A stretch of DNA of 64,000 nt from Paraspadella gotoi (taxonomy: Eukaryota; Animalia; Chaetognatha): contig CM119266.1 of assembly GCA_051294375.1 (NCBI GenBank), forward strand, positions 3,100,558-3,164,557, given 5' to 3'. How positions within the stretch are numbered: the first letter of the stretch is position 1; the number at the start of each line of letters is the position of its first letter. This document shows positions 25,421-36,655 of the stretch, in pieces. The position numbers and the translations under genes are program-made. The notes beneath the pieces are model-generated. The model was not told the DNA's origin. It searched no databases and was given only the letters and a program-made list of their open reading frames with translations.

Positions 25421-26178
25421 AGCTGGTGTTGGCGCAGCTACTGGTTCATTTATAGATCAATTGATTTATAGTTTTTTCATAGATTTATTAAGAAATCTGT
25501 TATGACTTGTTATGTTACAATTTGTTATGAACTGTTAAGAAAGCAAATTGAAAGTCAGAAAATATTACCATGATTTATCATCGGATTAGCTTATTACCGC
25601 TTAATCATCGTAGGCAGATCCGACATTGTTTGCACAAACTTGTTTATAATAATTTGAGTGATATTTAATTTTTGATATAATGATACTCTATTTTTAGCCT
25701 TCGGAGTTAAAAGGAATAGAAATTATAATATGTTGTTGTTGTTGTCATCGTCGTCGTTGTTGTTGTTGTTTTTTTCATTCATTTTTTATATTCTTAAACG
25801 ATAAAGTCACTACTGGTCAAACAAAGCGGAAATTTCGTCCTCAAATCATTGATATAAATACAAAAGTCGAAACATGTTAGCCTTGTTAGGATAATTGGAC
25901 TTTTCTTTTTTTATCTGTCGGCTTTTTTTTTCATTTTTCCATTTTTTTGGGGTTTTTTTGTTGTTTTTTTTTCTACTTTGTTGTCGTTTTGTGTTTTTGT
26001 TCCATCGACATTTATTTGTTCTTCTGTTGATTTCGTTTCGTCATTGGATCAAAACATCGCGAATAATGGAGGAAAGACGAGAGAGAGAGAGAAAGAGAGA
26101 GAGAGAGATAGAAATGCTAAATAACCGAAGGCGTTGACTATTTATCTCTGCAAAGGAAGAAAACAAACGCAAAGAGAG

Positions 26179-26232
<54 letters not shown>

Positions 26233-26329
26233 GGCGGATTCAATTACGCTAAACTAAAAATAGCTATATAACACGTGCAGAAGGCAATCGGAAAAAAAAG
26301 CGATTATGGTGTAGTGGATGGCAATTGAA

Positions 26330-26363
<34 letters not shown>

Positions 26364-26411
26364 CGACGACGATATTAACGAAGAGAACGACGTCACAAGT
26401 TATCAAAATAT

Positions 26412-26736
26412 TGTGGCGAATCCTAAATTCGCCTCCCGTATAGCTTGTTGCAACTCAGTTCATCCCATTGGCTTGGACAGCTAAGTACTTGTTCACTAAC
26501 CGTGAGTTCCGGGTTCAATCTTCTTACGGTCACACTGGTTAAAGTGTGATGGTGTCGGCATAAACACGCCAGTGACATGCGGTGGTCACTGCAGGTCCAA
26601 AGCGCTGACCACCATCTGTCGGTAGATGCCTCACACCCCACATTGAAGCCATAGTAAGGTGGACACCATAAATTTTCATACAACCTCGCTACCCAGATGT
26701 AACCCCAGGCATCAAACATGTCCCCCCGTTGTCATA
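26412..26736 (+). mobile_element. 325-bp solo-LTR-like element with internal tRNA-like Pol III promoter (family 2)
   Basis: Starts TGTGGCGA, ends TTGTCATA (inverted match with three transitions); ATAT on both sides (26408-26411, 26737-26740); TATAGC at ~26438, A-box-like TGGCTTGGACAG ~26468, B-box-like GGTTCAATC ~26512; 3' end recurs at 57827-57863. Confidence 0.65.
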
Positions 26737-27055
26737 ATATAACATTTACCGGGCTAAGTCTTTGTCACGTGACCATCCGTGGGAAAACTTACTCGACACA
26801 TGGATGGCACAACGCCTTTCGTTATCAAGAATTGTAATGTATTTTTTGTGAAGAAAATATAAAAAATATTTTGATATTTTTGATAAATTATCATCTGATT
26901 AGCCTGTGATCTAAATTTTCGTGGGCAGATGGTTTCACTGTGCCACCTCTCTGCCATTTCGATGCCATTATGCCATCTGCCACATATCCGATTTCAGGTT
27001 AAACTCACGGAAAAAACCCAACGATTTATTCTGATTTGGCGAGAGACGCCCTAGA

Positions 27056-27091
<36 letters not shown>

Positions 27092-29214
27092 NNNNNNNNN
27101 NNNNNNNNNNNNNNNNNNNNNNNNNNNNNNNNNNNNNNNNNNNNNNNNNNNNNNNNNNNNNNNNNNNNNNNNNNNNNNNNNNNNNNNNNNNNNNNNNNNN
27201 NNNNNNNNNNNNNNNNNNNNNNNNNNNNNNNNNNNNNNNNNNNNNNNNNNNNNNNTCCAATGATTAATTCTCTGGTGATCTCTCCCAATTTCCATCTTTT
27301 ATATTTATTCTCCGATTTTCATTTGAAATTCGGAACCAGAATATTCTTAACGAGAGATGGAGTTGTCCTTGTTGTCATTACAATGTTGTTGTTGTTGTTG
27401 TTGTAGATTTGTTTTTGTACTGATATTGCATAGAATTTCATGTATATCGAAAAAAAATGTTAAAAAAGATCTGCAATGATTTCATCCTACACATTTCAAC
27501 CTTTCCAATTTTTTCATTTATTTTCTTCTTCTCGACACAAAAAAATATTTAATTTTATTCTTTTTAAGTTTTATCTTTATCATCTTTCTCTTTTCCGTCT
27601 TCATTCTTTGTGATAGATATCAGTTTTTTATATTTTATGAACGGAATTATATCATAAGTATTGAAACAAAAGGTTAAACAATATACGTACAGCCGCCAGA
27701 AAACAGCCAGAACCTTTTTATAATTTTAAAGCGAAAATTCGCGGCAAAATTTAAATTAGGAGATTAAAACTCTGGCGGAGACAAGAGGAACTTTTCAGGC
27801 GAGGCTCATTTCCCTTTTTTTTTTCGTCGGCCGTCGAAGCAGTTTTGGTGGCGCCACGAGGCCAGACGGCAGCCAACGACCGTGGCGCTTTGGATATTTG
27901 GTTAAAATTTGCACGAAAGTGGAACTGCTGATGGCGTAACGACCTATGGAGATCGCGACTCAGATGGTGACATCGCAGCTGTTATTTCTGATGGCGCCCA
28001 ATAGAGATATACAGTAAAGCGTAGCAAAAATATTAATGCCATTGCAGATGTCGCCACGTCGAGGTGTTTAAAGAGATATTGCGATTAAAATGGCGAAAGA
28101 GAGATGAAAATAGGTGTATTTGATAAAGTACGTTTGATTTATATAAATAGATGGATACTGGATAGACATTAGAAAGATCAGTAAATATATGATAAATGTT
28201 CACGACTTGATATTTAAAAAACCGACGATGAAAAACTAAGGAAACTAACTTATGAAAGATAAGGAAAGCAAAGTCGGCGACAACGGACAACAACTACAAC
28301 AACAACAAAAAACGACGAGGACGAAAAAAATGGGAAAACTTGTCTTTCTTCTTTCCGAATTTCAACTTCGAAGTGAAAAAGAAAAATCGAAACGAAGTCG
28401 ACGTTTTTTGTGAGATTGAATTCCGAGGATCGGGATCAGGGGCTTTTTCACCAAGCTGAGCTAAGCAGAGACCAACTGAGCTATTGTGAGCCAATATGAG
28501 TCAAGCAAGCCTGACAGCTGGGTCCATCGCCGAGCCAAGCAGAAAAATTCTGCGTCATTTTGAAATGGGTAACGTCATGTTGAGTCAGGATTAGGTGACT
28601 CAAAGATATGGAACGACTAGGTAATTCCGGCTTAACTCTCGAGGTAATGTTTTACCACGACTACTTTTTGCAATATCCGAGATATCTATTTATCTTGCAT
28701 CGTATCCCTTTGTCACAACGCCATTTCTTGAAAGAGAAGTATAGACCGAAAAGAGAGGAAGAGAAGAAGAAGAAGAAAATAATTAGTAGAGGCAGGTAAA
28801 GAGGAGAGAAGAAATGGAAGAGATAAAAAAGGAGGTAAAAGGATATAAAAGAGGAAGAGAGGAAAGAAGAAAAGAGAGGAGAGAGAAGGAAAAAGGGAAG
28901 GGAGAAGAAGAAGAAGGAGAGGAAGAAGAGTGGAGAGAGAGGAAGAAGAAGGAGAGAGAGGAAAAAGGAGAGAGAGGAAGAAGGAAAAGAAAGAGGAAGA
29001 AAGAGTGAGAAGAGAGAAGAAGAGAGGAGAGAGAGGAAAAAGGAAGAGAGAGTAAGAAGGAAAGAGAGGAAGAAGAGTAGAGAGAAGCAGGTGAGTAGAA
29101 CTCAGTCACGCAAACTCGAAAAACATCCGGAGACAACGAGTTTTTAATCTCCCACTTTAATTTGAATTTTTCAGTCCCCCCTTTTTCTCCTCCTGGGCCA
29201 AACTGAATGGGCCG

Positions 29215-29256
<42 letters not shown>

Positions 29257-29262
29257 CTCTCT

Positions 29263-29319
<57 letters not shown>

Positions 29320-29495
29320 GTCCGCCGAACAAATAAAATATCTTTTAATCCTTTGATTATTTGACTTTTTCTTCTTTTTTTTTGCACGCAAATTTATCGA
29401 ATTTTTCAATTCTTCTTTATTTTAACTTATCACACAAAACCATTTTACATCATATCCGCTGCTATTGTAAAAAAAATATGACATTTTTTTCGGCC

Positions 29496-29658
29496 ATGAA
29501 TTCGATCAGCGTCATTTTCTCTTCGCTGAATGCGATTTCCCTTTTGTTTTTGGCGCTGAATTCGCTGCGCGTCGACGCCGACGAAAGATGCGCCAAAATT
29601 CGACGAGTGACAAAATCTGGAGAAGAGGCGTTCGTGATTAAGAAGCCAAAAGAATCAA
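29496..29658 (+). CDS. Candidate first exon of a secreted protein (signal peptide)
   Basis: GCCATG start; MNSISVIFSSLNAISLLFLALNSLRVDA-DERCAKIRRVTKSGEEAFVIKKPKES; GTAATA donor at 29659. Confidence 0.5.
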
Positions 29659-30012
29659 GTAATACATATGAATACAGAGAAAGAGAAACAGAGAAAGAGA
29701 GAGATTTAATTGATTTATTTATTTACTTATTATGCAATAGAAAAATTTAACAATTTTGTGATCCTAAAGATCCTCCAAACTCCACAGTCTCAAAATCTCA
29801 AAATTAAATGCAATATATATTAATTAATCTAATAATTAATCAGTTAGTTAATCAAATAGTCAATTAATTAATCAATAATTAATTAATAAGACAATCAATC
29901 AATTAATTATTCAATCAATGAATTTATTTATCAATTAATTAATTATTAAATAAATCAATATTAAATAATATTAAATAATAATATTAAATAATTATTCAAT
30001 CAATCAATCAAG

Positions 30013-30376
30013 TCAATCGTTATCGGAATTATTGTCGTCGTCGCCATCATCGTCGTCGTTGCTTTTGTCGTGGTCAGTGACGAAAAGACCTAAAAACAAA
30101 CATTTCGGATCAAATTAATTAATTAATTAATTGCCTAATTAATTAATTAACTTGAATTATTTAATTAATTAATTACCGCTAATGATCGTGGACAGATCCG
30201 ACATTATTGGCCCAAACTTGTTAATTTTACCCCTCACCCCTTTTCCCTCCCTCAACATCAGATTCCAGCGGCAAGTCGCCCTGCGCCTCCGCCCCCTGCC
30301 CCAACGGCGCCCGCTGCCGCGACGGAGCAGAAGGGAAATTCGAGTGCAGCTGCGCATCGGGATGGACGGGCGCCAC
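30013..30376 (-). CDS. Last two exons (30376-30238, 30089-30013) of an unidentified gene with an acidic tail
   Basis: Phase-1 GTGAGG..TTTTAG intron joins VAPVHPDAQLHSNFPSAPSRQRAPLGQGAEAQGDLPLESDVEGGKR|GLFVTDHDKSNDDDDGDDDNNSDND*. Confidence 0.55.
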
Positions 30377-30754
30377 CTGCCAGACGAGTCAGCGTTATTG
30401 TTTTCGTTATTGTTTGTTTGTTTACTTTGTATTTTCATTCATTCATNNNNNNNNNNNNNNNNNNNNNNNNNAGAGAGAGATAACCAAAAGTCGCCATTTC
30501 CAACTTTGAGTCTTGGATTCAGTTGGTCGAGTCCGCGCCAAAAGTCGTCGCTGGCTTGGGTTCCCCCCCGCCCGGAAAAAAAACACCCAAACCGCCCTTA
30601 AAAAGAAAAAAAAAAAATTGGGGCGGTGCGAAAAGTAGAGTGGGGACGAGTGGGAGGCCGAGATTCATAAGGGTGAAAGAAAAATTACTACCGTATGATA
30701 TACATATGGAGGCATGTAATGTATGCGATATTGCACATGCCTTATTGCATATTA

Positions 30755-31048
30755 TGTAGGTGGGATTAGGGTGCTAAGGAAAGGCTTGAAGAGTTGCTAT
30801 CCGCAAACCTCTTTAGACCCTCTAGCAGCTCTTGTAATTGTTGACCAGGCTAGGGGGTTTTACAGGACCCCAAGGACGGTTTTAACGGCCGTCCTCACAC
30901 TCTCACGCAGGGTTGGTAACCTGATGGTCACGAGCTTGATGGTATTACTCCAATGATGCCACGGTCACGAACCGAAGGTGACATGATTGAATGGGCAATG
31001 ATTCTAAAAAGCGGAGTGGTGAACATATTCGGCATAGGCTCGACTACA
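30755..31048 (-). mobile_element. Family-1 TGTAG..CTACA element with TATA/tRNA-like region (noisy twin of 31661-31920)
   Basis: Bounded by TGTAG (30755) and CTACA (31044-31048); reverse complement of the 31661 copy. Confidence 0.55.
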
Positions 31049-31345
31049 TGTATAAATTAAAGAAACAGGGAAAAGGCAAGGGAAAGAAAGAAAGAAAGAG
31101 AAGAGAACGAGAGAAAGAGAAGAAAAGGACAGGAAAGATTCCAGTGGGAAGTATGAAAATGAATGACGCGTAAGTGGCCAATCTGCTTTGGACCGAAGGG
31201 ACTTGTTATTTGACGGTGTCCGACGTCGTTGATGTTTCGCCGCCTTTGGATCAAAGTCCATGAGGCTAGGTCGATTTCTCGAAGAGTCCTGAGAGAGAGA
31301 GAGAGAAGAGAGCAGAGAGAGAGACGAGAGAGAGAGGAGAGAGAG

Positions 31346-31385
<40 letters not shown>

Positions 31386-31660
31386 TTAGTTTGTTATAAA
31401 TGAATGAAAGATCTCTCTCTCTCAGGACTCTTCGAGAAATCGACCTCATGGACTTTGATCCAAAGGCGGCGAAACATCAACGGTCGGACACCGTCAAATA
31501 ACAATCCTTTCGTCAAAGCAGATTGGTCCACTTACGCGTCAGTTCATTTTCATACTTCCACACTGTGAATCTATTCCTGCTCCTTTCTTCTCTTTTCTTC
31601 TCTTCTCTTCTCTTTCTTTCTTTCTTTCCCTTCCCTTTTCCCTGTTTCTTTCTTTATACA

Positions 31661-31920
31661 TGTAGTCGAGCCTTGCAATATGTTCACCCCGCTTATAATC
31701 ATGCCATTAATCATGTCACCTTCGGTCGTGACCCGGTGGCTCATTGAGTAATACCTCGGCTCTGACCATCAGTACCAGACCCTGCGGGAGTGTGAGGACG
31801 GCCGTTAAAACCGTCTTTTGGGTCCGTTAAAACCCCCTAGCCTTGGTAAAATTACAAGCTGCTAGAGGGGTTAAAGAAGTTGCGGATAGCACTCTTCAGC
31901 CGCCTCTTAGCTCCCATACA
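31661..31920 (+). mobile_element. Family-1 element copy with B box deleted
   Basis: TGTAGTCG..TTCACCCCGCTTATAA..GACCCGGTGGCTCATTGAGT..GCTGCTAGAGGGGTTAAAGAAGTTGCGGATAG..CTTAGC, shared with 49959-50209. Confidence 0.65.
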
Positions 31921-32599
31921 TGTGGTGCATATGCATACCATACATGCCTCCATATGTATACATACGTATTATTTTTCTTCACCCATGGACTCCCTCCCAC
32001 TCGTCCCCACTTCTACTTTCGCCACCGCCCCATCTAGCGGTGGTTTCCGGGCGGGACCCAAGCCAGCGAACGACTTTTGGCTGGGACTTCGACAACTGAA
32101 TCCAAGACTCAAAGTGGAATTGGGCGACTGTGAGGTCGAATCAAATGGGACGAAATGGCGGATATCGGAGAGGACGGGAACGAAATGGAAAGGGAAGATG
32201 ATCCCAAAAAGGGTCAGTTGCATTTTTAGTAAAATTGAACTTGAAATGACTGACCTTCTCTCTCCTTGATTAAGTTATTATATCATAATCTAACTCAGGT
32301 CCTCAGATATGTCGGGCCTCGGCGAATGTTAAGACTGTTATTGAACGATAGAATTCTGGCTGCTTACTCGTATTTTGACTTTTTGGCTTTTGTATACTTT
32401 TGTATACCTTTTTGTATATACTGTTTGGTTATACTTTTGTTATACTTTGGTATACTTTTATATGGTTACGATTGTTACGTCCATCTTCCGTTAAAAAGAT
32501 CTCACTCTGCTCTCTCTCTTCTCCTATGAAAATAAACCCTTGCCACTTTTTTACTTTCTGATCCTCTTATCTTTTCCTATTTTTTTGGTCTTCTCTTTT

Positions 32600-32900
32600 T
32601 TTCTCTTCTCCCTTCCTATCTTTCCTTGCCTAAATCCATTTCTCTCCTATCTCTTTTCTCTTCCCTTCCCCTTCCTCTCTTCCTTGCCTAATCCATTTCT
32701 CTATCCTATCTCTTTTCTTCCCTTCCCTACCTCTCTTCCTTGCCTAATCCATTTCTCTACCCATCTCTTTTCTCTCCTACCCCTTACCTCTCTTCCTTGG
32801 CCCTAATCCATTTCTTACCTATCTCTTTTTCTCCCTCCCTACCTCTCTCCTTGCCTAATCCATTTCTCTACCTATCTCTTTTCTCTCCTTACCTTTCTCT
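32600..32900 (+). repeat. ~47-bp pyrimidine-rich minisatellite (CCTTGCCTAATCCATTTCTCTACCTATCTCTTTT..)
   Basis: At least five CCTTGCCTAATCCATTTC-like cores. Confidence 0.8.
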
Positions 32901-33546
32901 CTTTCCCATTTTAACTTCCCATCCCACTCACTTGTCTCTCCATCACCTTTTTCTACCCTCTCTGTCTCCCTCTCCTTTCTCTCTCTCCCTCTCTCTCTCT
33001 CTCCATCCTTTCTCCCCCTGAAGGCGAATGGAGCGCGGCTCGCTACTTTGACTTCGGCGTCAAATCATCGCGCGAAGAATTCAAGTTGATAATCGGAAAC
33101 CAAGAAACTTCTTGGGATTTGGAGGACGAACTCTTTCGGGGCGGACCCGGGGACACGGACATCCGAGACAAGAGGTGGTCATTGATGAGAGACTGAAGAC
33201 CTGTTTGAGGACTGGTAGCATGATTACGAGTTGGACATTGTGGAGCTGTGTTCGTGGTTGATGCATGAAGACCTGTTTCAAGGTGGGCCAGTAAACATGA
33301 TCACTGATCATTGTGGACGTGGTGTTGGCGTGGTAGCGATGAAGGGAATGAAGACCTGTTGCAAGGCGGAGTGGGAGATACAAAGATCTGAGGCAATGGA
33401 GAGGTTGTAGCTGCAATTTGCAATGTCCATCGACTGACAGACTGATATAAAATTAATGGAATTTTAAAAAACCGTCACATTGATAAAAACAGTGGCTGCG
33501 CCAATACATGTAAAGTTGAAATGTGTTACTAATAATACCTTGATTT

Positions 33547-33669
33547 GGTAGTACCGGGTTGGGATTGAACCCGGTACCTAATGGTCAAGAGCAAATGGAT
33601 TGACTCAATGAGCCAGGGGGTCACAACTGAAAGTCTTATGCTTATAGGCGGAGTGAATGACCGACTACA
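33547..33669 (-). mobile_element. Family-1 element, 5' portion only
   Basis: Reverse complement reads TGTAGTCGG..TTCACTCCGCCTATAAGCAT..TTTCAGTTGTGACCCCCTGGCTCATTGAGT..GGGTTCAATCCCAACCCGGTAC. Confidence 0.7.
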
Positions 33670-33753
33670 TATATAATTTAAAGGAAGGCATATCAAAAAT
33701 ATCAAAAAACAAACTGGAAAATAAACAAGCTACGCTCCCTTTCTTTTGTTTAG

Positions 33754-33946
33754 GTTCTCGACCCACGACGCCGACGAAGACGACTTGAAAGAGGGCGCAT
33801 GCGTCGACGTCTTCGGCGGCGGTGGATGGTGGTTCAAGAAATGCGCTTCCTTTTGTCTCAATTGTGTCAAAGTCGTCGTCAAGGATGGGATCGTCAAGTA
33901 TCCCTCCGAGACCGTCATGCTTATTAAAAGGGAAGACGACGACTAA
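33754..33946 (+). CDS. Terminal exon of a fibrinogen-related-domain (FReD) protein
   Basis: TTTTGTTTAG acceptor; FSTHDADEDDLKEGACVDVFGGGGWWFKKCASFCLNC..TVMLIKREDDD* matches the FST.D.DND..C..GGWW...C...LN..M.I C-terminal signature. Confidence 0.85.
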
Positions 33947-35024
33947 AGTGTCGACGACGACGACGACGACCACGGATTTAAGACGGATATTAAATTTAAA
34001 AATACTTTTTTCCTCTTTAAAACTAATTATTCTTAACACAATTAATCCCTTTGTATAATATTTAAAAAGTTTTCAAATATTTGTCATATAAAAAAAGTGT
34101 TTCAATAATTTTTTTGTTTGTCTTTTTCAGAACAGTAAGTCAGTCGTGAGTCTGGTCAGTCCATATAGTAGTCAGTCAGTCCGTCATCAGTTTCAATTCA
34201 AACACTCGAATCGCGTGAAAAAATGAGATTAAGTTCGTCTCGGCGTCGAAGGGTAAAGTGAGGAATGTGAGAAGAGAGACAGAGAGGGTAAAAATGAAGA
34301 GAGAGAGAGAGAGAGAGAGAGACAACGACGTCGCAAAGACAGAGAGTGAGATAACGATTTTTTCTCAGGCGACTCCACGCGGTATGGGGAAGATTTATCA
34401 TCTTACTCTAATGGTAGATTGGGAACACAGAAAAAGAATCGGGCATGATCCTTCTTCTCTTCTTCTCTCTCTCATTCTTCTCTCTGCTCTCTCTCCTCTC
34501 TCTCTCATCTCCTCCGTGCTCATCCTCTCTCTCCTCCCCTCTCTCTCTCTCATATCTCTCATCTCTCTCTTGTTGTTCTCCATCTCTGACAAGGCGGCTT
34601 TCGCTCTGTCAAACGCGGCGTCCGCCGCTGCGTCGAAGCGTCGGCGCCTGCAGCGGATCTAAATCGGGCAATGGATTTTTCTTCATCAAATCATTTTTTT
34701 TGAGAAAAGCAGGCGACTGGGAAAGAGAAATGAGGAGAATGAGACGATGAGTGAATTTCTTTGTGTTTGCTTTTGTTCGTTATTTGACTAAGTATATTAG
34801 AAAGAAATACTATGAGTTGAATTGATGTGAATAATAGTTTACAATCGGAAAAAACTTTTATTATTATTACTTTATTATTATGCAGCGACTTTAGTTTAAA
34901 GTGTTTTGCAAAGAATTTTTTCAGTCGTTAACCCTCTTGACAAAAACTAAAAAAGTCAAAGTGTTTTGCGACGAAACTTCTGATGCAGAACACACGATGG
35001 TCTAATCCCGAACCGAAAAATTGA

Positions 35025-36655
35025 TTCCATTTGCAGTTTCGCTTCAAAAATATTTTCAAATTTGCATATCATTTTTTCAATGCGTGGAACGCCTTTCTGT
35101 TGGAATTGTCTTTCATTTTCTTAAAAATTTCTATATTAAAAGAAATAAATAAAATATTTAAACAATTTCATTGAACTAATATTTTATTATTTTTTTAATA
35201 ATTTAAATTTTATATCTTTGTCGATTTTCTCAGTCACTAAAGAGTTGAGTTAAATGAATCAATAATTATGACCTTTACACATCGCATTGACTTTTTGAAC
35301 TTATTGTTTTGAAAAAATAAAATAAATGACGCATCGTTAACTTTTGCTGTTCTTGTTTATTTTTTCATTTCGTTTTTGAAAAAAGAGGCTTATTTTTGAT
35401 CTCCCGGTATCCTTGAAGGAGAACCGAGAATAACTCGCAGCTTCTCTCTCTTCTCTCCCTTCTTCTCTCTCTCTGCTCTTTTCCTTTCTCTTCCTCTTTC
35501 CTGTTTCTCTCTTTCTCTGCTCGTCTCATCTTCTTCTCTCTCTCTTCGTCTCGTTCTCTTTTCTCTCTCTACTATCTTCTCTCTCTCTTTCTCTCTTTAT
35601 CTCTTCTCTCTCTGTCTCTCCTCGTCTCTCTTCTTCTCTCTCCTCTCTCTCTCTCATCTCTCTTCTCTCATCTTGCTCGTCGGTCTATTTCTTGTCTCTC
35701 TCTGTCTTTCTCTCTCTCGTTCTTCTCTGTCCTCCTCTCTTTCTGGTTCAGATCCTCTCTAGTCATCTCGCGTTTCCGCTCATCCTCTCTTTCNNNNNNN
35801 NNNNNNNNNNNNNNNNNNNNNNNNNNNNNNNNNNNNNNNNNNNNNNNNNNNNNNNNNNNNNNNNNNNNNNNNNNNNNNNNNNNNNNNNNNNNNNNNNNNN
35901 NNNNNNNNNNNNNNNNNNNNNNNNNNNNNNNNNNNNNNNGAGAGAGAGAGAGAGAGAGATAGAGAGAGAGAGAACTAGAGAGATAGATAGAGAGAGAGTG
36001 AGAGAGCAAAAAAAATCCTTTCATTTTTCCTGACGCGTTAAAGAAATTAGCATTTTTGTGAGAATCAGTGGCACCGACCAGCACTAGCGCGCTCCCACTC
36101 TTGAAGCGTCTTTTCTTTTCTTTTCATTCCCAAAAACATAATTAAAACGAGACTGAATTTCTTTAAAATAAATATCGTGTAAAATCTTATTTTGTCTCTA
36201 AAATAAACATCAAAATTTTGCAAAAAAAATCTCCATTTGCCATTTTCCGCTTCAAAATATTGTTCAAATGGCACTATTTTTGGATGCGCGTGACGCCTTT
36301 CTCTGTGTCTTGGAATTCCGGGCTCACTTCTTAAAAATTTTATAGATAAAAAAATAAATAAAATATTTAAACAATTTCATTGAATAAATCATCTTTCATT
36401 AATTCGTTTTAATATATTTAAATGTACTTTAATGATCTTGTGTCGATTATGTTTTCTAGGTCACAAAGTCGAGTAAGACAACATCAATAATTATACCCCA
36501 CACAGTCGATTCGCACTTTTAATATGTGACAAAATAAATTAAAAATATAAGACGCGCATCGTTAACTTTTCTGATTCTGTATGTCTCAGTTTCGTTTTGA
36601 ACAGAAAAAAAGGCTCTAATCGTTACATCCTCAGTATCACCTGCATAGGAGAACC
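35025..36655. repeat. Direct duplication (35025-35430 vs 36230-36655), second copy noisier
   Basis: CCATTTGC..CGCTTCAAAA, AATAAAATATTTAAACAATTTCATTGAA and GCATCGTTAACTTTT are shared. Confidence 0.8.

Larger units (their letters stand above)
30489..32130. repeat. Inverted duplication (30489-31300 vs 31410-32130) around a GA tract, next to a 25-N gap
   Basis: CTTTGAGTCTTGGATTCAGTTG (~30504) vs CAACTGAATCCAAGACTCAAAG (~32093); TTTGGATCAAAGTCCATGAGG vs CCTCATGGACTTTGATCCAAAG. Confidence 0.9.

Noticed and set aside
25078-25421. LTKLCQ / NLVNWH repeat 'proteins' or a CRISPR-like array
   Set aside because: Head-to-tail 18-bp minisatellite with no spacers; open on both strands simply because the unit is a multiple of 3.
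26423-26719. 98-aa Cys/Trp-rich ORF
   Set aside because: Lies within the multi-copy LTR-like element; no protein motif recognised.
33190-33368. CRISPR-like spaced repeat
   Set aside because: Repeat too short, spacers homologous to each other, eukaryotic context, no cas genes.
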